DNA of 64,000 bases from Vicugna vicugna (taxonomy: Eukaryota), in contig MU058213.1 of the NCBI GenBank assembly GCA_013265495.1, positions 4,464,001 through 4,528,000 on the forward strand, written 5' to 3'. How positions within the stretch are numbered: the first letter of the stretch is position 1; each line of letters opens with the position of its first letter. Positions 1-13,884 of the stretch are shown here, in pieces. The position numbers and the translations under genes are program-made. The notes under the pieces were generated by a model. The model did not search any database. It was not told the DNA's origin and saw only the letters and a list, made by a program, of their open reading frames with translations.

Positions 1-1799
1 AATAAAGCACACGGTAGGAAAAATTTATTTAACATGATCAGTCTGGGTTCAAAAAAATCAAGACTTTATTCATCTGATTATTTAGATTTAATTTTACAGA
101 ATTTTGTTTTGAAACATTATAAGTGCACATTGTCAGGAAAATGGATCATTCTTTTGCCTTTGAAAACATGGGCAGAATAGACTAGCATCACAAGTGGTGT
201 GAAACTATAAGAAATCTTCTTGTTCTTACCTCAGTTGCATAAGTGTTGCCTTTTTTGCTCTTTGACGTTTGAGTGTATTACCCTGTCAGAAGCTTAGTAC
301 TTGGGAAAATGATTATGGTTGGCAGTGACCCCAAGGTGCTTATCAGCTACTGGAAAAGATATAGGCTGTTTAACCTACTGTAATTTTTACATGAATTATT
401 ACAATTTTATGTGGAGATAGTGGTGATATGGGTGGGGTGGAAAGAACTTTTGTAAGTGTTGTTAGGATGCATGAATTTCTCTCAAAACTGGTTCTTGTTT
501 GGCAAAATCTCAGCATTGATTCTTCCCATTCTTCCCAAGTAGACAGTGCTGTTGGTTTCATAATATACTTGGTTGAGTTTTAAGTTGTCTTATATTTTTG
601 TCCTTTATGTCTTGCACTAGTAAGTGCATATTGAATAAATGAATGAATAAAGCAGTTACGTATTAAACTCAAAACTAAAATGAGGGTTTTTTAATGCAAA
701 GAGGAAAGAAAATTGAAATTAACCTGAAGCATCTTCATTTTGCTTTGTTTATATTTATATTGCATGACAGTAAAAATAAAACAATTCTCAAACAATTAAA
801 CATCTGACTGAGCTTCGGTTTAGTCTGGGAATACTTTCAGCTTTCAGATTTGTTCTATTTCTGTGGTTTTAAAAGATAAAGATTCTTTGGGTATCCACTT
901 ATTTCAGAGGGTAAGTAATGGATTTTCACTCTTTCTTTAATTGGAAAAATTAAAGAACGTCAAAGGTTAAATGCTCTTGAAAATTGTATTTTGGTCCCTA
1001 TTGATATTGATCAACTTTAATACATTTCATTCAGATGTTTATAGAATAGTTATATAAACAAATAAAATAGAAATGTATTCTATTCTAGATGTTAGCATCT
1101 AATCAAGGTAAATAAAAATTCTACAATTTCTAAGTTTTCAACATCAAAATATGATTTTGTAGTTATTGTGAAATTAGCAGGGACATTGGTGACATTGGTA
1201 ACTTATAAGCAGCTGGCTGTGCTTACCTTCATACTGCCATGGAATCTGTTTTGAAAGTACTCAGAACCTGGTGGACATGTGGATTATATTGGGAGAAGCT
1301 GTGACTAGTAAAAATGACTTAGCAGATCTGTAAGCAAATTCTTAGAAAAGGCTGGTCTGTCTATTTTTGCCTAAATTTTAATTTTGTCTCATTGCCTTAT
1401 ATTCTACAGGTGATTGGTTAGGGTTAATAAGCGTAATCTGTTGGAATGTTAATGTGTTATTAAAACTTAGTCAAGTTGGATTGTTTAATTCCTGGCAGAC
1501 AAGTTTTAATTGAGGGAGAAGGGAATTCAGTCATTTTGAAGTGTGATGTACTGAGGATGACAAATCACTGCCAGGATTTACAGTAAAGATTTGAGCACCC
1601 TGGGTACCAGGAGAGCAGGGGGATGCTAGGTAATAGGAGAGGGTTATACGGTGAGAGGTAAGAAGAAAACAAAGATATGCTTCTTCCCTCTGTACTCAAA
1701 GAGGAGGAAGAAAATGCCATTTTTCTTCTCTCCTGTTCAGTTCCCAGACTACCATTTACACAGGACCTTATTATGTTGGATTCTGTTCTAATTGTTTCT

Positions 1800-1892
1800 A
1801 TAGCATTGTCTCATTTAACCCTCAGGAAAAAATATATGAGATTGGTGGTGATATGTCTGTTTTACAGATGACAAAACTGAGGCACTGCAAGG
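1800..1892 (-). mobile_element. MIR SINE fragment split by the L1 insertion (continues about 3571-3650)
   Basis: MIR core on the minus strand: ttttacagatgacaaaactgaggcac...aaggttaaat; MIR-like sequence resumes after the L1 (ctgactgcaaagc...tttttaaccatcacactgtac). Confidence 0.7.
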
Positions 1893-1906
1893 TTAAATAT
1901 TTTCTT

Positions 1907-3556
1907 TTTTCTCTTTTTTTCAAACTTTTTTTTATTGAGTTATAGTCATTCTACAATGTGTCAAATTCCAGTGTAGAGCACAATTTTTCAGTTATACATG
2001 AACATACATATATTCATTGTCACATTTTTTTTCACTGTGAGCAACCACAAGATCTTGTATATATTTCCCTGTGCTATACAGTATAATCTTGTTTATAGAT
2101 TCTATGTTTTGAAATCTCAGCCTGTTCCTTCCCACTCCCGCCCCTTTGGCAACCACAAATTTGTATTCTATGTCTTATGAGTCTGTTTCTGTTTTGTATT
2201 TATATTTTGTTTTTTGTTTGTTTGTTTTTTCTCAGATTCTGCATATGGAATCTTTCTCTTTCTGGCTTACTTCACTTAGAATGACATTCTCCAGGGACAT
2301 TCATGTTGCTGCAAATGCCGTTATGTTGTCATTTTATGGCTGAATAGTATTCCATTGTATAAATATACCACATCTTCTTTATCCAGTCATCTGTTGATGG
2401 ACATTTAGGCTGTTTCCATGTCTTGGCTATTGCAAATAGTGCTGTTATGAACTTTGGGGTGCAGATGTCTTTTTGAAGTAGAGTTCCTTTTGGATATATG
2501 CCCAGGAGCAGGATTCCTGGGTCATATGGTAAGTCTATTCCTAATCTTTTGAGGCATCTCCATACTGTTTTCCACAGTGTCTGTACCAAACTGCATTCCC
2601 ATCAGCAGTGTAGGAGGGTTCCCTTTTCTCTACAGCCTCTCCAGTATTTGTCATTTGTCGACTTTTGAATGATGGCCATTCTGACTGGTGTGGGGTAATA
2701 CCTCATTGTAGTTTTCATTTGCATTTCTCTGATAATTAGTGATATTGAGCATTTTTTCATGTGCCTGTTGATCATTTATATTTCTTCCTTGGAGAATTGC
2801 TTGTTTAGGTCTTCTGCCCAGTTTTGGATTGGGTTTGTTTTTTTTCTTATTAAGTCATAATGAGCTGCTTATATATTCTGGAGATCAAGCCTTTGTCGGT
2901 TTCATTTGCAAAGATTTTCTCCTATTTCATAGATTGTCATTTTGTTTTACTTATGGTTTTCTTTGCTGTGCAGAAGGTTGTATGTTTAATTAGGTCCCAT
3001 TTGTTTATTCTTGCTTTTATTTCTATTGCGTGGGTAAACTGCCCTAGGAGAACATTTTTAAGATGTATATCAGATAATATTTTGCCTTTATTTTCTTCTA
3101 AGAGGTTTATTGTATCTTATCTTATGTTTAAGTCTTTGATCCATTTTCAGTTTATTTTTGTGTATGGTGTAAGGGAGTGTTCTAGCTTCATTGATTTACA
3201 TGCTGCTGTCCAGTTTTCCCAACACTATTTGTTGAAGAGACTGTCTTTATTCCATTGTATATTCTTGCCTCCTTTGTCAAAGATTAGTTGACCAAAAGTT
3301 TGTGGATTCATTTCTGGGCCCTCTATTCTGTTCCATTGGTCCATATGTCTGGTTTTGTACCAATACCATGCTGTTTTGATTACTGTAGCTCTATAGTATT
3401 GTCTGAAGTCTGGAAAAGTTATTCCACTCCAGCCTCTTTTCTTCAGTAATACTTTGGCAATTTTAGGTCTTTTGTGGTTCCATATAAATTTTATTATAAT
3501 TTGTTCTAGTTCTGTGAAATATGTCCTGGGTAATTTGATAGGGATTGCATTAAATC
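1907..3556 (-). mobile_element. Relatively young 5'-truncated LINE-1 (ORF2 C-terminus, 3'UTR, poly-A) with 14-bp TSD
   Basis: Minus ORF 2329-2589 is the L1 ORF2 C-terminus ([14 protein letters not shown]...WKQPKCPSTDDWIKKMWYIYTMEYYSAIK); T-rich tail at the left end; identical ttaaatattttctt at 1893-1906 and 3557-3570. Confidence 0.95.
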
Positions 3557-4459
3557 TTAAATATTTTCTTACTAAATACTGTTAGTAATGATAAGGACAT
3601 GATAGTCTCCCTGACTGCAAAGCTTCATCTTTTTAACCATCACACTGTACTAACTCTGAGTTCCACATATGAACACTTCCTCATATACAAATAAATTACA
3701 GTTTGCTAATATAGCTGAGTTATAAATATAATTGTGGAACTCAGTGGTTCATAAATTATGTATTTTTTTAGTTTGGGAGATACTGTTGCATAATATTTTC
3801 TAAGTATGGATTTTTCTTTTTGTAATTATTTAGATGATATTTAACAACTATAAAATCTTGTCCTCTGAGAGGTTATAATTTAGTATAGGTTATATAATAA
3901 TTACCATTCTCGTTTCATTTAGGCTACTGCATTTTGTATTTTCCTACATAATTTAATGAGTGGGAAGCAGGTATTTTGTTTAGTTATGACTGAGTAATTG
4001 AGAAGAAGCCTGGGAACAGAATGTTGAAGTGATTTATGAACAAATTTTATTGACTCTTTTCTGGGTGTGAGTTGATTTGAGTACTAAGTTTCCAAATTTC
4101 AAAGTTTCTACATTCCAAAGAGTGTGTTATCAGTCTTCGGCCTGAGTGTTAGGCTGCTAACCATGTAACTTTATTCTTTTAATGACAAGTTTTATTTATG
4201 AGGAAAAATTAGGCTGAAGTAGAAAAATATGTTTTATGTTGAAATTCAACTACCAGGATCTTTAAAAATCCAATAAAATAAAATAAAGTAGAAGAAAAGC
4301 ATACTAATTTCATATTTATAGTAAAAATCACTCCTATCATTAGGTATTGCTAACTTTGTAAGAAAATGACCTCTCACATTACTATAATTTTGAGATCTTC
4401 TTTGAATGAACAAATCCTCTTCGTTACTATAGGTAAGAGTAACTTTCCTACAGCAAGAC

Positions 4460-4640
4460 TAATGTCAAACCACCTGGGTTCAAATTCTAGCTGTTGTTTC
4501 TTTAGTGTCTTTATATATAAATGGAGGATAGTGATTACACGTGAGTTATAGGATTGGTTTGAAAATTAAAAGACATTAGCATACTCAGTGCAAAGAGCTT
4601 ACGTAGTATGTAGCACATTGATAGTATTCAATAAACATTC
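4460..4640 (+). mobile_element. Degenerate MIR
   Basis: cctgggttcaaattctagct...aaatggaggatagt...gtattcaataaacatt resembles the MIR consensus. Confidence 0.6.
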
Positions 4641-5731
4641 TGTTACTGGTAGATTAAAATTTGTAATAACATTTCCCTCAATTCTGGATAAGGTCATTTT
4701 ATTTCAGTTTGAATCCCACAGCTCTTAATATGAGAACTGTTGTTAAAACACTTGGGTAATTTCAAAAGCAGCTTTATGGATCATAAGAGACATAGGAAAG
4801 GTTGCAGATATTTTAAAAATTGTTTTTGTTTTGTGAAGAGCTCATATTCAACTACATAATCTGTACACTGAAAAATAGCAGGGAGGCATGTTAAATAAAG
4901 TTTTGTTGTTGATAATTTTTATCAAATCATTTTTGTCTGTTATCTTTGTTCTGTCAGTTCTTGCAACGTGGAAGGCTTATCTTGTATTCAGTCCAGTGAT
5001 CGATTTAATTGGCTCTGCAGTATTTAGGATGAGGCTGCTAGGCCAGGATATATCTGGCAGTAGGAGGACACAAGCTTCAATGTTGAGGATTACTCTGCCG
5101 CATCTCCATTGTGTTCTTTCTAAGTACCAACACAGCTTGGTCCCCTGGCAGTGAGATACAATAAACGTCACTATCAACCTTTGTAAATGTTAAATAAAAG
5201 AGCAAATTGAAGGGCAGTGATTAATTAGGAAAGAATTTGGTCTGAGCAAATTAACTCTTATTTTTCTGTTAACCCTTGTTAAAGAATCACTGACTGTGTG
5301 TCTTGAGTCTTTGTATGATTGAACTAAGAACTACACAGATGAAGGGCCTCTATTCCCTTTAATAGGTGCTTTGGATCTAGAATACGTGCTGTTCATTTGA
5401 AATATCTTTTTCTCTCTTTTTTTCTTTTTCTTTTTTAATTATACTTTGACATCTGGCCTGTTTGTTCAGCCTCAGACAGTAATGTTTACCTTAATTTACA
5501 GTGCAGTTGTCAGAGACCTTCTGAACTTCATAACTGTGGAAACATTTTTCGTCATAGATTTTTCAGTCAGTGGTTGCATTGTTGGTGTGTGTAACTTCCT
5601 CAGACCCACCTACCTGGATCAAATCACTCATCATTCTACTTCAACGGTCTTGCCAGGCAGACAGCCAAACAGCTAATGTATTTTCAGATTTTTGTATCTA
5701 ATATATATCAAACCAAAAACTAAGAAAAAAG

Positions 5732-5932
5732 AATTAAAAAGAGTATACTTCTCATAATACTTATATGGTTATATGGTTATATAACATAACCATATAACTT
5801 ATATGGTTAATATGGTTATATAACAACCTCAGTTTGTTCAGCACATACCTATGGGCAATTAAAAAGAGTATACTTCTCATAATAATTATGGTTATATAAC
5901 AACCTCAGTTTGTTCAGCACATACCTATGGGC
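5732..5932. repeat. Local tandem duplication (125-bp and 76-bp copies)
   Basis: aattaaaaagagtatacttctcataata...tatggttatataacaacctcagtttgttcagcacatacctatgggc occurs at 5732-5856 and 5857-5932. Confidence 0.95.
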
Positions 5933-7029
5933 CAGACATTATAAGCAGTGTTTATATTAATCATTTCATTCATTTCTTACAGCAGCATTGTTTTATGGGT
6001 AAAGGAACAAACTTGAGAAGTCAACTAGCAGACCTGCCTCAACAGCTATGAAGTTGTGAATTGGAAAGTAGAACTCAGCTCTCTTATTCCAGAGTCTCCA
6101 CTGTTGCCATACTGCTACTATAATTTCTTAGCTTCAAGTAGAACCACACAAAGAACCAGTTCACTCTGTCATTTTCTTTCCTGTTTTCATTAGGACCTTT
6201 GGAATATATTATTTAAATAAAATTAAATTTGGAATTACGTGTTCAGGAAAATGCATAGTTAAGTAGCCATCTTATAGTCATAGACTAAACCTTGTGAAAG
6301 AGAGACTTATCAATTTGAACATGTGTTCATTAGCTGTAGGAATAAAAAAACAAGAGATTTATTCTGTATATATAAAATGGTATTTTGAAAGAATTTCCAG
6401 GTGAAGAACAGCAATAGTTTTGTTACAATGTTGTGTAAGTTAAGCAGGATAGACTAACTAAAACTAACTTTTAATTGATTTAATGGAAAGAAATCTTGAG
6501 TGGATGAGAAAATCAAACACTTAAATAAATACTAAAATAATGACTGACATTAAAGCAAAAAAGAAAAAGAGATTCACATTAACAACTATGAAAGGAAAAA
6601 GAAAGACCATTACTAAAACTTGCTTTTCTATGCATTTTTTTCTTGTTAAATTTAAACTTTTGATCTTTGCTATTTCGTTGTACATGGCTTTGGCAATATA
6701 AATGAAGTGGATGAATGTGAATGAAGGCAATTCTTAAGTGAGTGAAAATCTGAGGCTTTCGGAATAAACTACACAATTAGCATAATTTTTTACTAATGAG
6801 CTTTATTTTGAAGCTGAAACCATTGCTAAAGACTGCAAAAAACTTTCTTTCAAAATTTCTTAATTTATTTGGGATACTCTTACAGAGTTAAATAACTTTG
6901 AATCCCATGGTGAGATTTTTAAATCTTTTTCATTTCTTCTGACGAGGTATACAATCTCCTTTTGCTGCTAATATTTCCTCCACCTCTCTAACTCTTGTGA
7001 GTCTCCCTTCTAAAGGAAGAGAATTAATG

Positions 7030-7484
7030 TGTTCAGTTTTTTTCAGTTATATACCCATGAGTGGAATTGCTGAGTCATGGTAGTTCTATTTTTTGTCTTT
7101 TGAGAAATCTCCATACTGTTTTCCCTAGTGGCTGCAGTTCCCACCAACATTGTACAAGGGTTCCCCTTTCTCCTCATCCTCTCCACCATTTGTTATTTGT
7201 GATCTTTTTACTGAATGGCCATTCCGACTGGAGTGAGGTAATACCTCGTTGTGGTTTTGACTTGCATTTCCCTTATGATTAGCAATATTGAACATCTTTT
7301 CATGTGCTTGTTGGCCATCTGCATATCCTCTTTGGGAAAATATCCATTCAGGTCTTCTGCCCATTTTTAATTGGGTTGTTTGTTTTTTGATATTGAATTG
7401 TATGAGCTGTTTATATATGTTGGATATTAACTTCTTATCGGTCACATCATTTGCAAATATTTTGTCCCATTCAGTAGGTTGTCT
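7030..7484 (-). mobile_element. Inverted 5' segment of an L1 (ORF2 3' part)
   Basis: Minus ORF 7125-7445 (TDKKLISNIYKQLIQFNIKK...) is L1 ORF2-like. Confidence 0.9.
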
Positions 7485-8030
7485 TTATGTTCACAGCAGC
7501 ATTATTTACAATTGCAAAGATAAAGAACCAACTTAAGTGGCCATCAACAGATGAATGGATAAAGAACATGTGGTATATATATATGCAAAAGAATATTAGC
7601 CATAAAAAAGAAATTTTGCTATTTACAGCAGCATGAATGGAAGTTGGAGGGTATTATGCTAAGTGAAATAAGTCAGACACAGAAAGCCAGATAACTGTAT
7701 GATATCACTTAGCTGTGAAATCTAAGAAATACAACAAACTAATAAATGTAACAGAAACGAAAGAGACTCAAAATAGAGAACAAACTAGTGGTTACCAGTG
7801 GGGAGAAGGAGGTGGGGAGGAGCAATATAAGGATAGGGGATTAAGTGGTACAAGCTATTGTGTATAGACTAAGCCCGAAAGATACATTGTACAACACAGA
7901 ATATAGCGAGTATTTTATAATAACTGAATGGAGTATAACCTTTGAAAAATGTGAATCACTTTATTATACACCTGTAACTTATATAGTACATCAGCTATAC
8001 TTCAGTTTAAAAAATAAAAATAAATAAAAC
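7485..8030 (+). mobile_element. Sense 3' segment of the same L1 (ORF2 end, 3'UTR, A-rich tail)
   Basis: atgttcacagcagcattatttacaat...ccatcaacagatgaatggataaag...ctatacttcagtttaaaaaataaaaataaataaaa. Confidence 0.9.
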
Positions 8031-8675
8031 TTGGCTGTACAGAAAGAAAGGACAAAAATAAAGAGAAGCAGGCTTCATGCTAGGTATCTAGGGCTAGAAA
8101 AGTGTCTTTATGCCAGGTGCTGCTGATTTTCAATTATGTTCTGTTGGGGCTTCTCACATACTTCAGTTTCATTGTTTCTACTTCCACTTAGTTCCACAAA
8201 AGTTTATCATTTTCTTTTTCAGTGACTTGAGTTAAGGGAAAAAATGTGGAAAGAAACTATTAATTAGTATAACTATTGCAAATAATGCTGAAGATGAAGA
8301 TAGTCTGGAACTGGCTTGGAAGTTTGGGGACCAGTGCATTTCAGCGTCTTTAGTTGTGTTGTCATCTCCTAGAAATTCAGGGTGGTCTGTTGAATTTCCT
8401 TCTAGCCAGCATAGTTGGTGCCATCCTCATGTGGAAGATCAGATTGATTCCATGGGTGTTCCCAGACTTCCCAGATGTCCCAGGTGACAGCTTCATTTCC
8501 TCCTCAGAAATGAAGAAAGCACAGGTGGCCATGTCCCAGGAAGTTCCCTGTGCTGGCTTCCCACTGCAAATAAAACATCAGTGCACTGACATTTTCACCA
8601 GATACAGTGTCTTAGGTTTCACGTGATTCATTCTTTCTTAGACTGCACATCATCCTGGGTTTTGTTTTTTTTTTC

Positions 8676-8760
8676 CTTTCTTTTCCTTCCTTTCCCTTCC
8701 CTTCCCTTCCCTTCCCTTCCCTTCCCTTTCCTTTCCCTTTCCTCCTTCCCTCCTTCCTTT
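8676..8760. repeat. (CCCTT)n-type pyrimidine microsatellite
   Basis: Direct reading; explains the FPSLP / GKGR ORFs. Confidence 0.9.
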
Positions 8761-8844
8761 CTTTCTACATTCAAATTTATTTTTGTTTTGGGTACCCATA
8801 AAAATTTTCCTGAACTGGACCTGATCTGAGGCCTAAAATATGAT

Positions 8845-8990
8845 TGTCTGTCTCCTGCCCCAGCTCTGGACTCAGCAGTTTCTCCAGGGAGAAATGGCCC
8901 CTGTTATTGAAGCATGGTGTTAGAGACCGAGATCTCCGCCTGGTGGGCTCACTGGTCTGGGCTGTCATTGCTTCTTGGCCTTCTCAGCTG
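8845..8990 (-). mobile_element. Old L1MC-like 3'UTR fragment
   Basis: cctgccccagctctggactcagc...ttagagaccgagatct...gtcattgcttcttggccttctcag resembles the reverse complement of the L1MC segment near 31290-31440. Confidence 0.55.
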
Positions 8991-9061
8991 TCTGTTTTTA
9001 AGTCCAAGTCATCTGTGCACAAACCCACAAGGCTCTGTACAGCTGGCCCTGCCAGCCTCAC

Positions 9062-9147
9062 TCCTCCCCTCCCCTCCCCTGCCCTGCCCTTCCCTTCCCT
9101 TCCCTTTCCTTCCCTTCCCTCCCCTTCCCTTCCCTTCCCTTCCCTTC
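9062..9147. repeat. (CCCTT/CCCCT)n microsatellite
   Basis: Direct reading. Confidence 0.9.
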
Positions 9148-11914
9148 TTGCTAAGCATTACCTCAGCAGAAAGAAAACACAAAGTGGATGGGAAAATCAA
9201 ATGGTGGGGTAATAATGTAGATCCCACTGGGGACAGATAACTGAGCTCGCATGCCCAGGTTCAGCTGCCACTCCAAGATCTGTCCAGGTCTCTGTGGAAA
9301 ATTATTTGGGGCCTTTGTGTGTACAGAAACCTGAGAGTACTAGGTGTGATTTGAGGCCTGAAGTGTAGCTGGCCCTGTTCATCTTTCTCTGTTAGAAGAG
9401 CCTAAAATAAAACTGAAGCTACATACTTTCTATAATATTCTTTAAATTTTATTGTAGTGGATCCAGCCAATAAGCCAGAATAAAATCATACAACTATGGA
9501 TATAGTTGGTAATATGATGCCCAAAGTTAACTTAAGCCACAAATGAAGTGATTAATATTTTGCTGTTACCCTGGGTAAACCTGGGTGGAATGAGCAGTGG
9601 TATTCATGAAATAAGTAAATAGAAAATGATTATGTATTGGCCTTTAAACATCACAATACTAGACTAACAGTGAATTTCTGAGCAGCTGTGATTCCACAAT
9701 TAGTTAAGTAAAACTAGATAAATTTTACTTTATTATTTTTAAACTCAGTGAATTTCTAGAAAGCAAGAAGTTTTCCCTTTACATTGATGAATTTAATATT
9801 CGTGATGTTTTTGATAAGTATGGGATGTACTATATTTTAAGAAATTCTTTCCTGTTTATTGTTTATATAGTTTTAAATTATTTTATAACCCTTTAAATAA
9901 AATGTGTATATCTGTGTAGATAGAGGCTATTCTTAGCTTGTTTTCTTTACATACAGAATACTAAAATTGGAGAAAAGATACAAAGGCAATTTATAACTCC
10001 AGTTAAAACAATGTTTTAAAAATGTTTAGGTTTATCATACTTACATTTTGTGTTTAAAGACTCTGATTTTTAAAATTGAGACCTTGATGATAAATTATAA
10101 ATTGTCTTTAGTTCAGGGTTTTTCCCAAAGATGCCTACTTTGGTGTTATCACCTTTATAATCTTCTAGCTAAATCTGGTTGAGCTTTTCATTCTGTTCAT
10201 TTGTAAAACCTAAAAGGTATACTGAAATATTTTTTTCAAATTTCACAATCTCTATTCCTCTTCCCCTTTAGTATAATATGCTTTATCTCACTCCTATTTG
10301 AGAATCATTGCTCATGTATTTTGCCATAAGAAACAGAAACCAAAACTTCTTCCTCCCCATAATCTACATATTAGAAAAAACTCAGTTGCTTGAAGTTATA
10401 TACGTTTCTCTGACAATGTTGGTCCTTGGCTGCTTGGTCAGATTCCAGTATTCTTCTCATTAATGTGCCTAAACCAGACTGCAACTTCCAATTCTGCTTT
10501 ATTATCTGATCATCTAGTCCCCCCAGTGGGTCCAAAAAGATCACAGTGAGCATCTCTTTACTACTATTTATTAATGTTTAATGGAAATTTTCCATGTAGG
10601 ACATCACAGGATAACTGTAACTCATCAAGATTCTCTGTAATTGGCTGTAATTATATCAGTCCTTTGTGGCAGTCTGTTTTGGATGTTGGGGTGAGGGAGT
10701 GAGGTGCAGAGTCCTTTTTCATGAAATAAAAAAAGAATAAATTTATTCTTATTCTTCTTTTTTCTCTTCTTCTTCTCTTTTTTCATTCCTGCATTCTATA
10801 AACATTTATAAAACTCTATAAAGTATAAGAAGTTCTTCCAAACTTGGAGGACACAAAGATGGTTAAGGAACATTTTCAGTGTTAATAGTTTTTGGTCATC
10901 TGCAGATCTCATAAGTAAAAGCAGGCTGTATTGAGGAGAATTACGCTTGTCCCAAAATGCCGTCACCATTTATTTAGAGAATTTTTAGTCTCCTTAGGTT
11001 TTGGGCTCTCTTCCCAGTGCTTCCCACACTGATTTAAACATAGTAGGAACTCTCACCAAGTTAGAGAAGTATTTGTGAAGTGCTGAATGAATGAATATAA
11101 GAATATAGTTATCAGTAGTAAAATTATTTAGCAAGTAATTCAGTGGTCACCCACCACCCTCACCCCTACCCCCGTGAAAGTATAAGAATAAATATAGAAA
11201 CTCTTCCTGGAGGTAATGTTGCCCCATGGAAAGAGGACTCTCAGTATCTATTCTTCACTGTCACCTGGGGCGATAAATTTATTGGAATATAAAGACTTGC
11301 CTATTGTATTGTTCTGCTCACTGTTACCAGTTTCCGGAGAGCTATCTGATAGCATGGGACACAAATTTTTTGCTTGTTTGTTTTGAGATTTAAAAAATAC
11401 TTTCCAGTCAATTAGAATATCTAATTCTGAAATTAAAGTATTCTTTTTTAAAAAGGAAGTGATGTTCATAGCTACAGCTCCACTGTTCATGAGATGATTG
11501 CTAATAGATTTGAGAGGAATTCTTCGGAGTTGTATATAACTAATATGGTTGTCTTCAGTAAATTTTCATTATACTTAGGTCAGCTTCAGATGTGTGCCCA
11601 TTAGCCCGTTTCCTTTCATTCTAGTGATAGATATGCATGTTGTAATTTCCTGATTGTACTGTATACCTAAAAACATGTGTTCTTACTTCTTCTTTGCTAA
11701 TCAGATGACCAGAATTGTCAAGTTAGGATCAAAATCATGCTTAACTTCTATTGTTTCTGCAATTGACAAAGGGAAAAAGAGATCACATTCATTAAGAATC
11801 TTCAGTGTGTCTTGGACATCTTGCAGAATGCTTTAGCTTATTACCTCATTTAATATTCATAATTACCCTGTGGAAATGGTTTTATTGTTATTTGTAAATC
11901 TTTGAAACACAGTA

Positions 11915-12730
11915 TTTTTAATAACAACTTTGTTGAGATATAATTCACATACTATAAAATACACCCTTTTAAAGTATACAATTTAGTGAGTTTAGCATAT
12001 TCTCAAGAGTTGTGCAGCCATCACCACTGTCTAATTTAGAACATTTTTATCACTCCATGAAGACACCCCATACCTGTTAGAAGTCAGTCATCATTCTCTC
12101 CTCAACCTGCCCCTTGGCAACCACTAATCTACTTTCTGTCACTATGGGCTTGCCCATTCTGGACATTGCATATCAGTAGAATTATCCAGAATGTGGGGTT
12201 TTGAGACTTTTTTTTTTCACTTAGCATATTTGCAAGGTTCACCCATGTTGTAGTTTGTTCCAATACTTCATTCCTTTTTGTGCTGAATGATATTCCATTG
12301 AGTGGATATACTACATTTATTCATTCATCAATTGATTGAGACATGGAATATTTCTACTCTTTGGCTATTACGAATAATGTTGATATGAACATTGATGTAC
12401 AAGGTTTTGTCTGGACATGTTTTCAGTTCTTGTAAGTGTATACCTAGGGGTAGAACTGCTGAGTAATACAGCTCTATGTTTAACCATTTGAGGAACTGCC
12501 AGACTACTTTCTAAAGTGGCTGTGCACCATTTTACAATCTGACAAGCAATTTATGAGGGTTTCAGTTTCTTCACATCCTTGCCAACATTTGTCTCTTTTA
12601 TTTTAGCCATCCTAGTAGGTGAGAAAACCTAATTTGAAGTTTTGATTCTCATTTCCCTAATGGCTAGTAACATTAAGCATGATTTCATGTACTTATTGGC
12701 TACCTGTATATCTTCGGAGAAATCTCTGTA
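11915..12730 (-). mobile_element. L1MB-like 3' end
   Basis: tttgttgagatataattcacatactataaaatacacc...ggcaaccactaatctactttctgtc...tttgaggaactgccagact. Confidence 0.85.
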
Positions 12731-13884
12731 TGAGGCTCAGTACTTTAATCTCTGAAATGGAGATAGTAATTCTGGCCTTGCTGTATCCTTGAGGATGATG
12801 TAATGGAAGAATGTATCTAATGTCCAGTATAGGGCGTAACACTTAAAAGACATTAATTAAATGTTCATTTCTTCTTTCCCATTTTATCTCCAATTTTACA
12901 GATGAAGAAACTGGGACTTAAGGAGTGTGTGAGTGAGGGATTGCACAATGAGCAATTAATTCACCAGAGTTCATTTGATACTTTGGTGGCAAGTGCTAGA
13001 TTCAAATCCAGCATTGAATCTCACTAGATTTAGTAGTGTGTTTCTCACAACAGTTCCTTTTGCCTTTGCCAAAAACCCTCCCCTGCTATGGAATGGCTGC
13101 TATGAGTAGGCAAACTTAGTTACATGATACTGTCTTTTTTATCTTTGCTCTAATATAAGCGAATGTAGCTGAGTTTTAAAAACTTCTCATGGAATTTAAT
13201 TAGGGCTTCCTTCGGATCAATTTTAAAGTGTGCTATATACCTAAATACAAGACTCTTACACTTTCACGTCTCTAGTGTAAAATAGTCTCTAATAGATGAA
13301 AGGCTCCATTTTGGATTAATGTGGATGTGTGACCACCAAATGATATTTCAGCTAAAATAACTGAGATGTTCTGGTTTCCAGATGATGATGAAACTTAAAG
13401 CTAGCTTGTTTTTAAATGTAGTTTTTATGGTGAACAGCAGGACAACTGACATTTTATTGACCATTTTGTTCCTTTGTGCATTCTAGAGAAGCAACATCTA
13501 TCAGATTGTGCAAATCATTGTATGAAAATTGAGCGAGTTTTTTTTTTTTAATTTTGCACAACTCTAGAGAAAGAAAGGGGAGAAATCTTTCTAGAGGCAG
13601 ATTTACTCTTTGGGGTGCATTTTACTAATTCATGTTCTCTAGAATGTATTATTAGGGGGCCAGTTGAGGAATGCATTGACCAGTATCTGCAGTTTATTTG
13701 CTGGTTACCGTAAGGGAGCCTTCAGTTTTCTGTAAAGTATTATTTTTTAAAAAGAGTTGAGATCCGTACTGTTTATGAATTAAGATTAGAACATTAAAGA
13801 GATTAACTTTCTCCTGACTTTGATATTTTCAAACTAGTGTTTTATTATTAATATTAAATTATATTAATATTAGTATTTTAAAAA

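Noticed and set aside
2860..3291. 143-aa hydrophobic plus-strand ORF
   Set aside because: Antisense reading of L1 ORF2.
8623..9240. ORFs of 63-122 aa with FPSLP / GKGR repeats
   Set aside because: Translations of (CCCTT)n microsatellites.
11248..11490. 80-aa minus-strand ORF as a processed pseudogene
   Set aside because: No recognisable homology, poly-A or TSD.
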